A stretch of 64,000 nt of DNA from Dendrobates tinctorius (GCF_039654945.1 NW_027362117.1:682001-746000); one strand, 5' to 3'. Counted from the first letter of the stretch, positions 1 through 13,410 are shown. The notes: generated by a model from the letters alone, not told the origin. Program-made: numbers and translations.

Positions 1-238
1 AACTGAAATAAATTCACTTTTTGATCATATTTTAATTTTGTGTATATACCATAAAGGTGTGTCTGGGGCCTCCCAGTGGCTGTGAAGTGAACTGCAGAGC
101 GCTTTCCTAGCCCATCACTACAAGGTATTTTATCTGTATCCTGAAAACTGGAGGAGTCCAAACTCAAGAAAAGGTAATAATGGAGCGCACATCAATATGA
201 CCCAAAGGAAAAAATAAAAATGTCTATATGTTCCCTAC

Positions 239-384
239 CAGATGCAACCACGTCACTATTCAAGGCCGCAGCCACGGCTGACACCCAGTACGGCTGCTCT
301 AGGCCGGCTTCTCCGTGGCTGCCATGTGCGCACCGTCTCCGCGCCAGAGGCTTCTTTTTAGCCACATTCCACAAAGCCAGAGAC
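239..384 (-). CDS. RRP9: RRP9 exon (SLALWNVAKKKPL...LEQPYWVSAVAAALNSDVVASG)
   Basis: Conserved peptide; GT-AG boundaries. Confidence 0.93.
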
Positions 385-3300
385 CTGCGAGAAGAGCGAG
401 AAGTGGTGAGGCCGATGCAGCGTCATCTACTACGGCGAGATCCGGGGTCCGGGACCGCGGCTGTTCTCCCCACTCACCCGTCATCTGCTCCGGACACCAT
501 GTGCTCCTCATTTATAAGCCGTATGCAATCTATGGAGCCACTGCAAAGAAAACGAAACGATCGCATGACTCAATCCAAACCCAGATATACATGAGCTGGG
601 CAGAAACTACAACTCCCAGCATGCCCTGCCTACAAGCCCGCAGCTCTACTCACTCATGTCCGCTGAACACCAGCTGCGTTTCCTCTGTGATCTTCCACAC
701 CCGCACCGTCCCGTCCCTACCCCCCGACGTCACGCACCGTTCTCGGCTCAGACTGTCCAGGCCGGTGATACAGTCCTGGTGGCCAAACCTGGAGAGGAAG
801 AAGAGGACGAGCAATGAATGTGACACAGGGGAGACCCTGCCGCCCCGAGCCATTAGAGCGTTATTACAGCGCGGACTCACAGCGTCTCTATGTAGGCGTT
901 CTCCGCCACGTTCCACACCTTGACGGAACGATCATGGGAAGCGCTGAACAGCTGGTAAGTTCCCTTCTGGAAGGAGAGTCCCTATCAGGATACAAAGGGT
1001 TAAGAGGTGAGCCGAGGCCGAGAGGAACGTCCTGACATCGAGGGAAGGGAGAGAGGACGACTTACGGACACGGGGCCCCGGTGGCCCTGGAACTTGTGGA
1101 GGCGCTGACACGTCTCCGCATTCCAGATATAGATCAGTTTATTCACATCTCCCGACGCCTGGATGAAAAAGAACACGGGGGTCACAACCAGTAACACCCC
1201 CCCAACATGGGGGTCACAACCAGAAACACCCCCCAACATGGGGGGGGGGGGTCACAACCAGTAACACCCCCCAACATGGGGGGGGGGGGGTCACAACCAG
1301 TAACACCCCCCAACATGGGGGGGGGGGGGGTCACAACCAGTAACACCCCCCAACATGGGGGGGGGGGGGGTCACAACCAGTAACACCCCCCAACATGGGG
1401 GGGGGGGGGGTCACAACCAGTAGCACCCCCAACATGGGGGGGGGGGGGGTCACAACCAGTAACACCCCCCAACATGGGGGGGGGGGGGGTCACAACCAGT
1501 AACACCCCCCAACATGGGGGGGGGGGGGGGGTCACAACCAGTAACACCCCCCACCCCATGTACTACTCCCAGGAGCTCACCAGGTATTTCCCATCAGAGG
1601 ACAGCGCCATGCACAGGATGTGGGCCGTGTGCCCTATGTGCTGGTCCTCGCAGCCCTTCCGGCCCCCCGGGATCTTGTGGACCTTCTTTCCATCCAATAC
1701 GGACCCTGCAAAAAGCAGAATGTATCAGTCACGTCTCATCCTAGCAGCAGGAACTGTCCAGTATGAGGGCCCCAGGGGCCCCGAACATATAGTCACTGCC
1801 CAGAGAATAACAGAGGAAAAACACTGAATCAATAGAGATTAAAGCAATCAGACCCCAGCGAGACCCCGATGGTCACAAGCATTATACAAGAAGGAGCCAG
1901 TCTGTAAATACATGCATCCTACACTGTCCTATACTGCAGAGCTGCACTCAAAATTCTGTTCAATGGAAAGCATGACAGGGCACCTGGAGAGCAGATTGCA
2001 TCCCAAATCTTACATTTGATAATGGCGCAGTCTTTGGACCCGGAGAAGACATGTTTATCGTCAGGTGTGATGACCAAGCAGGTGACCGGTCCTTGGTGGC
2101 CCCGTAAGAGACGAATCTCTGCAGGTTCTGGAGGCAGTAACTGGAGAGGAAAGCGTTAAATGCAGTTAGGAAAATGTGTGGGGGGGTCTGACTGTGAAGT
2201 TCCAGAACAGAGAAGATGAAGGAGCGCGGATTCTACAAGCCGCCGATCCGGTGAGGAGCCGCACGGCGCAGATACTGTGCTCGCTCTGGGGTTGTCATCT
2301 TAGCGGCACGGACCTCCAGTTTTATAAGGAAGTCTTGGGTTCTTAGCAGTTACTATGTTGTTGCTGCCATGGCAACCCCAGAGCGAGCGTAACGTGTCGC
2401 TGCAGATATGAGGTCAATGTGGAAATGGCAATCACCAGGTTGGAGCTTTATGACAGAATATTGATCATGGGTCAGGAGGCGCCGCTGCAGTGATCCCAGA
2501 CAAAGCACCAAACATCAGTCACATGTGGAGGGGGTGGTGGAATATAAAAATGGCTGATAACAGGGAACAATAGAGTGCAATCCTGACTGCAGAGTTATGT
2601 TCCCTGTGAGCCCATCCTGTGCACAGGAGCTGACAATCATATAAAGCCGCAACAATGAGGACGCTCACCTCTTTGGCCAGAGGACGCTGGAGCTTCCCGC
2701 GCTGCTCAAGCTGCAGACGAGAGAAACACTGGAATTAACAACAGGCCCAGAGACGATGACCCCTGACCCCGGCAATAATTAGCAACCATGACCCCAGCAA
2801 TAATCAATGACCATGACCCGACTCACCACGTCCTCCTGCAGTCTATGGGCGATGACGTCCTCGCTCGCATCCTCCAATCTCTCCTCCTCTGCAGGAAACA
2901 ACAAATCCAAATCACATCTCAGAACCAGAGACTTAGGAACGTGCCCATGATGAGCGGGGCCGGTCCTCACCGTGCTCCTGTAACTGCTGCAGATATTCCT
3001 TGGCGAGCCGCAGCTTCTTCTCCTGAGCAGTCTCCTCCAGCTCCTCCTCATCTTCTTCCTTCCTGTGAGTCGGGGAGCTGCGTACAAGAAACGGACAATC
3101 AGGGCGGAGAGGAACGAGAAGGAGAAAACTAGCGGGAGAGGGAGCAGGTACTCACAGCTCCGTGTCCGAGTCGCTCTCTATCTCCTCCCTCAGGTTCACC
3201 TTCTGTTTCTTCTTCTTTTCTGCATCTTTCATCTGAAATCGTCACCAGCCAGAAACAGCGAAGAAGAGAAATCAGAGCAGAGAAAGAACAACGACGCCGG

Positions 3301-6300
3301 AGGCAGCAGCACCGACAATACAGGAAGGCGACACGCCGAGGCTGACTGCTTCCAATAAGAACCAGCAGAATAGTGAGTGCAGCTCTGGGGTATAATACAG
3401 GATGTAACTCAGGATCAGTAATGTAATGTATGTACACAGTGACTGCACCAGCAGAATAGTGAGTGCAGCTCTGGAGTATAATACAGGAGGTAACTCAGGA
3501 TCAGTAATGTAATGTATGTACACAGTGACTGCACCAACAGAATAGTGAGTGCAGCTCTGGGGTATAATACAGGATGTAACTCAGGATCAGTAATATAATG
3601 TATGTACACAGTGACTCCACCAACAGAATAGTGAGTGCAGCTCTGGGGTATAATACAGGATGTAACTCAGGATCAGTAATATAATGTATGTACACAGTGA
3701 CTCCACCAACAGAATAGTGAGTGCAGCTCTGGGGTATAATACAGGATGTAACTCAGGATCAGTAATATAATGTATGTACACAGTGACTGCACCAGCAGAA
3801 TAGTGAGTGCAGCTCTGGGGTATAATACAGGAGGTAACTCAGGATCAGTAATGTATGTACACAGTGACTGCACCAGCAGAATAGTGAGTGCAGCTCTGGG
3901 GTATAATACAGGATGTAACTCAGGATCAGTAATGTATGTACACAGTGACTGCACCAGCAGAATAGTGAGTGCAGCTCTGGGGTATAATACAGGAGGTAAC
4001 TCAGGATCAGTAATGTAATGTATGTATACAGTGACTGCACCAGCAGAATAGTGAGTGCAGCTCTGGGGTATAATACAGGAGGCAACTCAGGATCAGTAAT
4101 GTAATGTACGTACACAGTGACTGTACCAGCAGAATAGTGAGTGCAGCTCTGGAGTATAATACAGGAGGTAACTCAGGATCAGTAATGTAATGTATGTACA
4201 CAGTGACTGCACCAGCAGAATAGTGAGTGCAGCTCTGGGGTATAATACAGGAGGTAACTCAGGATCAGTAATGTAATGTATGTACACAGTGACTGCACCA
4301 GCAGAATAGTGAGTGCAGCTCTGGGGTATAATACAGGATGTAACTCAGGATCAGTAATGTATGTACACAGTGACTGCACCAGCAGAATAGTGAGTGCAGC
4401 TCTGGGGTATAATACAGGAGGTAACTCAGGATCAGTAATGTAATGTACGTACACAGTGACTGTACCAGCAGAATAGTGAGTGCAGCTCTGGAGTATAATA
4501 CAGGAGGTAACTCAGGATCAGTAATGTAATGTATGTACACAGTGACTGTACCAGCAGAATAGTGAGTGCAGCTCTGGGGTATAATACAGGATGTAACTCA
4601 GGATCAGTAATATAATGTATGTACACAGTGACTGCACCAGCAGAATAGTGAGTGCAGCTCTGGTGTATAATACAGGAGGTAACTCAGGATCAGTAATGTA
4701 ATGTATGTACACAGTGACTGCACCAGCAGAATAGTGAGTGCAGCTCTGGGGTATAATACAGGATGTAACTCAGGATCAGTAATATAATGTATGTACACAG
4801 TGACTGTACCAGCAGAATAGTGAGTGCAGCTCTGGGGTATAATACAGGATGTAACTCAGGATCAGTAATATAATGTATGTACACAGTGACTGCACCAGCA
4901 GAATAGTGAGTGCAGCTCTGGGGTATAATACAGGAGGTAACTCAGGATCAGTAATGTAATGTATGTACACAGTGACTGTACCAGCAGAATAGTGAGTGCA
5001 GCTCTGGGGTATAATACAGGAGGTAACTCAGGATCAGTAATATAATGTATGTACACAGTGACTGCACCAGCAGAATTGTGAGTGCAGCTCTGGGGTATAA
5101 TACAGGAGGTAACTCAGGATCAGTAATGTAATGTATGTACACAGTGACTGTACCAGCAGAATAGTGAGTGCAGCTCTGGGGTATAATACAGGATGTAACT
5201 CAGGATCAGTAATATAATGTATGTACACAGTGACTGCACCAGCAGAATAGTGAGTGCAGCTCTGGAGTATAATACAGGATGTAACTCAGGATCAGTAATG
5301 TATGTACACAGTGACTGCACCAGCAGAATAGTGAGTGCAGCTCTGGGGTATAATACAGGAGGTAACTCAGGATCAGTAATGTATGTACACAGTGACTGCA
5401 CCAGCAGAATAGTGAGTGCAGCTCTGGGGTATAATACAGGATGTAACTCAGGATCAGTAATATAATGTATGTACACAGTGACTGCACCAGCAGAATAGTG
5501 AGTGCAGCTCTGGAGTATAATACAGGATGTAACTCAGGATCAGTAATGTATGTACACAGTGACTGCACCAGCAGAATAGTGAGTGCAGCTCTGGGGTATA
5601 ATACAGGAGGTAACTCAGGATCAGTAATGTATGTACACAGTGACTGCACCAGCAGAATAGTGAGTGCAGCTCTGGGGTATAATACAGGATGTAACTCAGG
5701 ATCAGTAACGTAATGTATGTACACAGTGACTGCACCAGCAGAATAGTGAGTGCAGCTCTGGGGTATAATACAGGAGGCAACTCAGGATCAGTAACGTAAT
5801 GTATGTACACAGTGACTGTACCAGCAGAATAGTGAGTGCAGCTCTGGGGTATAATACAGGATGTAACTCAGGATCAGTAATGTAATGTATGTACACAGTG
5901 ACTGCACCAGCAGAATAGTGAGTGCAGCTCTGGGGTATAATACAGGATGTAACTCAGGATCAGTAATGTAATGTATGTACACAGTGACTGCACCAGCAGA
6001 ATAGTGAGTGCAGCTCTGGGGTATAATACAGGATGTAACTCAGGATCAGTAATGTAATGTATGTACACAGTGACTGCACCAGCAGAATAGTGAGTGCAGC
6101 TCTGGGGTATAATACAGGAGGCAACTCAGGATCAGTAATGTAATGTATGTACACAGTGACTGCACCAGCAGAATAGTGAGTGCAGCTCTGGGGTATAATA
6201 CAGGATGTAACTCAGGATCAGTAATGTAATGTATGTACACAGTGACTGCACCAGCAGAATAGTGAGTGCAGCTCTGGGGTATAATACAGGATGTAACTCA

Positions 6301-8635
6301 GGATCAGTAATGTAATGTATGTACACAGTGACTGCACCAGCAGAATAGTGAGTGCAGCTCTGGGGTATAATACAGGATGTAACTCAGGATCAGTAATGTA
6401 ATGTATGTACACAGTGACTGTACCAGCAGAATAGTGAGTGCAGCTCTGGGGTATAATACAGGAGGCAACTCAGGATCAGTAATGTAATGTATGTACACAG
6501 TGACTGTACCAGCAGAATAGTGAGTGCAGCTCTGGGGTATAATACAGGAGGTAACTCAGGATCAGTAATGTAATGTATGTACACAGTGACAGCACCAGCA
6601 GAATAGTGAGTGCAGCTCTGGGGTATAATACAGGATGTAACTCAGGATCAGTAATGTAATGTATGTATACAGTGACTACACCAGCAGAATAGTGAGTGCA
6701 GCTCTGGGGTATAATACAGGACTCTGCTGTGCTGGTAGTCATGGTGCTGGATGAGGGAAGCTTATGTGTGGGGTCAGGAGGGATTTACAGGGTGGATGGA
6801 GCCGTGTGCGTACGGGGTGTACGGGGCCGAGCCCTGTGCGTACGGGGCCGAGCCCTGTGCGTACGGGGCCGAGCCCTGTGCGTACGGGGCCGAGCCCTGT
6901 GCGTACGGGGCCGAGCCCTGTGCGTACGGGGCCGAGCCCTGTGCGTACGGGGCCGAGCCCTGTGCGTACGGGGCCGAGCCCTGTGCGTACGGGGCCGAGC
7001 CCTGTGCGTACGGAGCCGAGCCCTGTGCGTACGGAGCCGAGCCCTGTGCGTACGGGGTGTACGGAGCCGAGCCCTGTGCGTACGGGGTGTACGGAGCCGA
7101 GCCCTGTGCGTACGGGGTGTACGGAGCCGAGCCCTGTGCGTACGGGGTGTACGGAGCCGAGCCCTGTGCGTACGGGGTGTACGGAGCCGAGCCCTGTGCG
7201 TACGGGGTGTACGGAGCCGAGCCCTGTGCGTACGGGGTGTACGGAGCCGAGCCCTGTGCGTACGGGGTGTACGGAGCCGAGCCCTGTGCGTACGGGGTGT
7301 ACGGAGCCGAGCCCTGTGCGTACGGGGTGTACGGAGCCGAGCCCTGTGCGTACGGGGTGTACGGAGCCGAGCCCTGTGCGTACGGGGTGTACGGAGCCGA
7401 GCCCTGTGCGTACGGGGTGTACGGAGCCGAGCCCTGTGCGTACGGGGTGTACGGAGCCGAGCCCTGTGCGTACGGGGTGTACGGAGCCGAGCCCTGTGCG
7501 TACGGGGTGTACGGAGCCGAGCCCTGTGCGTACGGGGTGTACGGAGCCGAGCCCTGTGCGTACGGGGTGTACGGAGCCGAGCCCTGTGCGTACGGGGTGT
7601 ACGGAGCCGAGCCCTGTGCGTACGGGGTGTACGGAGCCGAGCCCTGTGCGTACGGGGTGTACGGAGCCGAGCCCTGTGCGTACGGGGTGTACGGAGCCGA
7701 GCCCTGTGCGTACGGGGTGTACGGAGCCGAGCCCTGTGCGTACGGGGTGTACGGAGCCGAGCCCTGTGCGTACGGGGTGTACGGAGCCGAGCCCTGTGCG
7801 TACGGGGTGTACGGAGCCGAGCCCTGTGCGTACGGGGTGTACGGAGCCGAGCCCTGTGCGTACGGGGTGTACGGAGCCGAGCCCTGTGCGTACTGGGTGT
7901 ACGGAGCGGAGCCCTGTGCGTACTGGGTGTACGGAGCGGAGCCCTGTGCGTACTGGGTGTACGGAGCCGAGCCCTGTTCGTACGGGGTGTACGGAGCCGA
8001 GCCCTGTGCGTACGGGGTGTACGGAGCCGAGCCCTGTGCGTACGGGGTGTACGGAGCCGAGCCCTGTGCGTACGGGGTGTACGGAGCCGAGCCCTGTGCG
8101 TACGGGGTGTACGGAGCCGAGCCCTGTGCGTACGGGGTGTACGGAGCCGAGCCCTGTGCGTACGGGGTGTACGGAGCCGAGCCCTGTGCGTACGGGGTGT
8201 ACGGAGCCGAGCCCTGTGCGTACGGGGTGTACGGAGCGGAGCCCTGTGTGTACGGGGTGTACGGAGCGGAGCCCTGTGTGTACGGAGCCCTGCGTGTATT
8301 TTGGCATGGGGGAGCCATTTGTAAGTTCGCACGGGGCCCATAACTTTGTAGTTACGCCGTTGGTCTTCAGTCTACATTTGTGCTCTCTGGAGGGTCCCCG
8401 GGTTAACCCTGTAGCTGCTGGCAGTGGTGCTGTGTCGGGGATTGCTCGGATACCGGAAGCCTCTTTATTTTCGGTCCGGGCTTTGCCGGCCGCTCTGCAG
8501 TAACACAAGCAGGGGCTTCCAGCTCCCGTACTCCTGGAGGGGAGCGTCACACAGGCCGCCGTCCCCGGTACTGACCTCTCCGCGCCGCTTCTTCCCGGGC
8601 CCCTCCGGTCTCCTCTTGATAAACAGGCCGGACAT
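239..8635 (-). CDS. RRP9: U3 snoRNP-associated WD40 protein RRP9 (U3-55K); 11 coding exons in window, 3' end lies left of the window
   Basis: Exons 8576-8635, 3156-3232, 2971-3077, 2827-2888, 2669-2710, 2014-2140, 1581-1705, 1066-1158, 881-981, 654-788 and 478-540, then 239-384, have GT-AG boundaries and join in phase. Peptides ETAQEKKLRLAKEYL, LFSASHDRSVKVWNVAENAYIETLFGHQD and GSIDCIRLINEEHMVSGADDGSLALW match RRP9. Confidence 0.95.
478..540 (-). CDS. RRP9: RRP9 exon (GSIDCIRLINEEHMVSGADDG)
   Basis: Conserved peptide; GT-AG boundaries. Confidence 0.93.
654..788 (-). CDS. RRP9: RRP9 exon (FGHQDCITGLDSLSRERCVTSGGRDGTVRVWKI)
   Basis: Highly conserved peptide; GT-AG boundaries. Confidence 0.94.
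881..981 (-). CDS. RRP9: RRP9 exon (GLSFQKGTYQLFSASHDRSVKVWNVAENAYIETL)
   Basis: Highly conserved peptide; GT-AG boundaries. Confidence 0.94.
1066..1158 (-). CDS. RRP9: RRP9 exon (ASGDVNKLIYIWNAETCQRLHKFQGHRGPVS)
   Basis: WD40 signature; GT-AG boundaries. Confidence 0.93.
1178..1552. repeat. About 40-bp minisatellite (GnTCACAACCAGTAACACnAACAT) filling an RRP9 intron
   Basis: About 10 tandem copies. Confidence 0.95.
1581..1705 (-). CDS. RRP9: RRP9 exon (GHTAHILCMALSSDGKYL)
   Basis: WD40 signature; GT-AG boundaries. Confidence 0.93.
2014..2140 (-). CDS. RRP9: RRP9 exon, WD40 repeat (LRGHQGPVTCLVITPDDKHVFSGSKDCAIIK)
   Basis: WD40 signature; GT-AG boundaries. Confidence 0.93.
2669..2710 (-). 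CDS. RRP9: RRP9 exon (LEQRGKLQRPLAKE)
   Basis: GT-AG boundaries; conserved peptide. Confidence 0.9.
2827..2888 (-). CDS. RRP9: RRP9 exon (EERLEDASEDVIAHRLQEDV)
   Basis: GT-AG boundaries, in phase. Confidence 0.9.
2971..3077 (-). CDS. RRP9: RRP9 exon (EEELEETAQEKKLRLAKEYLQQL)
   Basis: Conserved motif; GT-AG boundaries. Confidence 0.92.
3156..3232 (-). CDS. RRP9: RRP9 exon (MKDAEKKKKQKVNLREEIESDSDTE)
   Basis: cag acceptor and gtgag donor; conserved EEIxSDS motif. Confidence 0.85.
3361..6720. repeat. 86/81-bp satellite (CAGCAGAATAGTGAGTGCAGCTCTGG...)
   Basis: About 39 tandem copies. Confidence 0.97.
6721..8362. mobile_element. Truncated hAT-related element sharing a flank and minisatellite with 17906-20631, in inverted orientation
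   Basis: 6721-6800 is the reverse complement of about 20185-20272; ends in hAT-like TAGTTACGCC(G)TTG. Confidence 0.6.
6800..8290. repeat. 21/30-bp minisatellite (TACGGGGTGTACGGAGCCGAGCCCTGTGCG)
   Basis: Highly homogeneous tandem array. Confidence 0.97.
8576..8635 (-). CDS. RRP9: RRP9 first coding exon (MSGLFIKRRPEGPGKKRRGE)
   Basis: ATG at 8635 in a CpG-rich region; basic NLS-like peptide; donor GTCAGT; phase 0. Confidence 0.85.
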
Positions 8636-8654
8636 GCTGCTGCGCCTCCGCCGG

Positions 8655-8830
8655 ACCCACGTGTGACCCTCACTGCTCTTCTTCCGGTTACACCTGCTCT
8701 ACAGCCATTGGACAGTGATACTCCGCCCCGAGAGTGCCTATTGGCTCCAGCCCAAAGTTGCTGATCAGAAGCTGTGATTGGTTGGTGGATTTACAGGAAA
8801 GCCCGCCCACTAATTACGTCACTCACACAA
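8655..8830 (-). promoter_or_regulatory. RRP9 proximal promoter (CpG-rich; E-box, ETS site, three CCAAT boxes)
   Basis: CACGTG at 8658; CCGGAAG (minus) at 8681-8687; CCAAT (minus) at 8707, 8740 and 8777, just upstream of the ATG. Confidence 0.6.
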
Positions 8831-8924
8831 CGGATTTTCCTGATCTCAGTGGAACGTTGTGTATGTGGTAACCAGGCAACCGCTTCACCCTCAGAGTCAG
8901 TGACCAGCGCTGTTACATTGTAAG

Positions 8925-9241
8925 GCTGTGTGCACACGCTGCGGATTTTGCTGCGGTGTATAGTAGCATGATACCCTATGGGAATCAAAAACCTCAGTGC
9001 AGACGGTGCGGAATTTTCCACGCGGATTATCTGCGGTTTTCAATCCGCAGAAAGAATTGACATGTCAATTCTTTCTGCGGATTCTGCTGTGGTTTGCCAT
9101 CTCCTCCATTGAGGAGATGAAAAACCGCAGGGCAAAACCGCAGAGCAATCCGCAGGTATTTTGACCTGCGGTTTCACCTGCGGATTTTACAAAATCCGCG
9201 CGGATGAATCCGCACCTAATCCGCAGCGTGTGCACACAGCC
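8925..9241. mobile_element. PIF/Harbinger MITE
   Basis: TIR GGCTGTGTGCACACGCTGCGG; TAA TSD. Confidence 0.85.
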
Positions 9242-9244
9242 TAA

Positions 9245-9528
9245 GGCTATGTGCACACGTTGCGGATTCCGCTGCGGGTTTTTCCGCGGTTTGGTCTGTG
9301 GTTTTGCCCAGCGGTTTCACACCTCTACTATGGTAAAAGTGTGAAACTGCTGCGGAATCCGCACAAACAATTGACATGCTGCGGTTTGTAAACCGCAGCA
9401 AAACCGCGCGGAAAAATCCGCACCGTCAGCACAGCGTTTTTGAAACTCCATAGGGTTTCGTTATACTGTACATGGTCAGCGGAACTGCTGCGGAAATGCA
9501 GCAGAATCCGCAACGTGTGCTCATAGCC
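9245..9528. mobile_element. PIF/Harbinger MITE
   Basis: TIR GGCTATG(T/A)GCACACGTTGCGG; TAA TSD. Confidence 0.85.
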
Positions 9529-9531
9529 TAA

Positions 9532-10728
9532 GGGTATGTGCACATTGAGCTGCGGATTTCGTCTGCGTTTTTTACACCTGTGGATTCCTATCAGGCTAAG
9601 TTCACACATAGCGGAACTCCCGCGGAAGTTACCGCAAGAATTCCGGAATTCCATTCCGCGGGAAAGTCACATTTTAAATTTCCGCGATTTTACCACGGAA
9701 AAACTAGCGATTTGCAGTATGCTAGCGTTTTCCTAGCGATCTGTAGCATCGCTTGGAGAACTGATTGACAGGTTGGTCACACTCGTCATACATAGTGTTT
9801 GACGAGTGTGACCAATTTCTCACTATTGAGGCCGCCTATGCGGCATCAGTAGTAAAAAGATCTAATGTTAAAAATAATTAAAAAAATAAAAAATTGTGTT
9901 ATATTCACCTTCCGGCGTCTCGCGCAGCGTCCCCAGGCCTCCGCGATCCTCCCGGCAGGTCCCGTTCCCAGTAATGTATTGCGATGACCTTTGATGATGT
10001 CGTGGTCTCGCGAGACCGCTACAGAATTACGAGACGCGACGTCAGCGAAGGTCATTATCGCATTACTGGGAACAGGGCCTGCCGTGAGCATCGCAGAAGC
10101 CTGGGGACGCTGCGCGGGACGTCGGAAGGTGAGAATATGACGAGTTTTTTATTTTAATTCTGTTTTTTACAGGGATACGGTACCCAGAGCCCGGAGGACA
10201 GTCTCCTCTCCTCCGGACCGTGGGTACCATCCGCAAATGTCCTGCTTACTTTTCACGTGGTGGGCACAGCAGAAAGTAAGCAGAACAATGCATTCCTATG
10301 TGGGTGGAATCGCCGCGATTCCCCAAAATAATGAGCATGATGCAGAGTTTTCCGCACTGCGATTCCACCATGGGAAAATCCGCAGCATTAGCACAGCATT
10401 GCGGAATCCCATAGGAATGCATGGGATGCTTTTTTGTGTGTTTTCGCGGCAAAATCGCGCGTTAAAAACCGCCGCGAAAAACCTGAACGTGTGAACACAG
10501 CCTAATGGAATAGGTGTAAAAACGTTGCGGAATTCACACAAAGAATTGACACGCTGCGGAAAATAAACCGCTGTGTTTCCACGTGGAATTTTCCGCAGCA
10601 AGTGCACAGCGGTTTTTGTTTTCCATAGGATAACATGGTACTGTACACCGCATGGAAAACTGCTGTGGATCCACAGGGCCAAATCCGCTGCAGATCCGCA
10701 GACAAATCCGCAATGTGTGCACAGAGCC
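9532..10728. mobile_element. PIF/Harbinger MITE split by a nested MITE at 9594-10502
   Basis: Outer ends GGGTATGTGCACA / TGTGCACAGAGCC; inner ends GGCTAAGTTCACAC / GTGTGAACACAGCC. Confidence 0.75.
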
Positions 10729-12207
10729 TTGTGGAATTCTACAGTCCTGAGACTGGTGGAGAATGTGAGGGAGGGCGCGGGAACCACAGCTGATGGCGTC
10801 ACACGTCACGTATCGTCAGGGGCCGCCGCATGCAGCTGTCCGGACCGATTCTCCTGATTACAGAGTGGGCCGAGTGATTTTCTAATACTTCTTCTTTCTG
10901 ATGTCATCTGAGTGCAGTCCAATTTTTGCTGATTTCGATTTGATTCTTGGATTAAAATAGAAAATATCTCCCAATATTTTACACAGACTACTCAGTGTGA
11001 GGAAAAAAAGAAATCGGGCTTGTGAATGGCCCCATAGACTAGCAGAGGTGCGAGTGTTATCCATGAAAGTTACTGAACTGATCAGATGTCAGAATGACGC
11101 CCTAACGCTCGGCCTACATGGAGACTTTGGATCCGACACCCATCGCATGACCGCAGTCCCCCCAGTGCCACTGCCACATCGCAGCGCTGGGCGCACTGTA
11201 ACACCTACACTACTGCAAAGGCGACAAGTCACAAAATATCCAGCTGGGCTGGATTTATTGCACCTTGCTTGTCCCTGACTCCATAGTGTAGGTGTTACAA
11301 TGCGTCCACGTCCGCTTCTATAGCGCCGCAATGTAACTATGATACCAAGCAAACTTCATCCGCACGATGGCTGCTGCGGCCAAAATCCTTCTAGCCAAAT
11401 TGTCAGGAATAATCGCAGGTGGCGTATAAATGTTCCATCATCACATTATGTGTCACCTAGATAAATCAACGTGTGCCTGTCCTTATTTCCACAAGATCTA
11501 GACCAGTAGACAAAGCCAAACAAGGCTCCTTCAGATGTCACTGGTGTTTCCTGGCCGTCACCGGTCCTTCTGACAGTCTGTGGGGTAGCTCATGACATAT
11601 TTTCCCTCGGAGTGGTCCGCACAAAACCACATGAATTTGTCTGATTAGTGTCACATCAAACTCAACCAACAAGTCTATGGATCTGTGGAAAAAATCCGAC
11701 ATGACTTTTTCACTGATAGTTTGATAGGAGAAGCTTGAGAAACCGCCAACATTTCTCATTGAATCTCTGGTGGTAAAAACTGACACCGACCAAATTCTGA
11801 TGTTACTCTGCTCAAAAACACTGATGAATCTTGGACCATTTTTTGCTTATAAGGAAAATCACTGACATGTGAATGATCCCAGCTCGCACACCACAAAGCA
11901 TTGCCGAAATAACGCCATACAGTGTGCAATAATATTACTATACAGTACCCATGTGATTATGAGTCTGATGGAGCGGCGCTCACCATCTGGAGTCAAAGTT
12001 TCCGTCTTTAGTGGATTCCTTAAAGCGGAGTGCGGCCAGACGACGGCAGCTTCACGTGTGAACACTTTCTACGGGTCCATCATTGCTGCTACAGCTTCTC
12101 CACAATCACTATTTCGCTTTCCACATTATGGACTTAGCACCATGGCTGTTTGTTATGGCAGTTTTCATGGTTAGCATTGCACTCTACCCCACCGTAAAGG
12201 CTTCAGC

Positions 12208-13410
12208 AACAAGCTGCCGCTGCTCCACCATAAGGATACAAGCTGCCGCTGCTCCACCATAAAGATACAAGCTGCCGCTGCTCCACCAGAAAGATACAAG
12301 CTGCTGCTGCTCCACCATAAAGATACAAGCTGCCGCTGCTCCACCACCATAAAGATACAAGCTGCCGCTGCTCCACCATAAAGATACAAGCTGCCGCTGC
12401 TCCACCATAAAGATACAAGCTGCCGCTGCTCCACCACCATAAAGATACAAGCTGTCGCTGCTCCACCATAAAGATACAAGCTGCCGTTGCTCCACCATAA
12501 AGATACAAGCTGCCGCTGCTCCACCATAAAGATACAAGCTGCCGCTGCTCCACCACCATAAAGATACAAGCTGCCGCTGCTGCACCATAAAGATACAAGC
12601 TGCCGCTGCTCCACCACCATAAAGATACAAGCTGCCGCTGCTCCACCATAAAGATACAAGCTGCCGCTGCTCCACTATAAAGATACAAGCTGCCGCTGCT
12701 CCACCATAAAGATACAAGCTGCCGCTGCTCCACCACCATAAAGATACAAGCTGCCGCTGCTCCACCATAAAGATACAAGCTGCCGCTGCTCCACCATAAG
12801 GATATAAGCTGCCGCTGCTCCACCATAAAGATACAAGCTGCCGCTGCTCCATCATAAAGATACAAGCTGCCGCTGCTCCACCATAAAGATACAACCTGCC
12901 GCTGCTCCACCATAAAGATACAACCTGCCGCTGCTCCACCACCATAAAGATACAAGCTGCTGCTGCTCCACCATAAAGATACAAACTGCCGCTGCTCCAC
13001 CATAATGATACAAGCTGCCGCTGCTCCACCATAAGGATACAAGCTACCGCTGCTCCACCATAAAGATACAAGCTGCCGCTGCTCCACCATAAAGATACAA
13101 GCTGCCGCTGCTCCACCATAAGGATACAAGCTGCCGCTGCTCCACCATAAGGATACAAGCTGCCGCTGCTCCACCATAAAGATACAAGCTGCCGCTGCTC
13201 CACCATAAGGATACAAGCTGCCGCTGCTCCACCATAAAGATACAAGCTGCCGCTGCTCCACCACCATAAAGATACAAGCTGCCGCTGCTCCACCATAAAG
13301 ATACAAGCTGCCGCTGCTCCACCATAAGGATACAAGCTGCCGCTGCTCCACCATAAAGATACAAGCTGCCCCTGCTCCACCATAAAGATACAAGCTGCCG
13401 CTGCTCCACC
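12208..13410. repeat. 29/32-bp minisatellite (CAAGCTGCCGCTGCTCCACCATAAAGATA)
   Basis: About 40 copies. Confidence 0.97.

Noticed and set aside
3129-6742. Dozens of identical 64-aa ORFs, or a CRISPR-like array
   Set aside because: 86-bp tandem satellite with no unique spacers and no cas genes, in eukaryotic DNA
6696-8673. ORFs of 500-640 aa open in all six frames
   Set aside because: Stop-free 21/30-bp repeat in RRP9 intron 1; no domain or expression evidence
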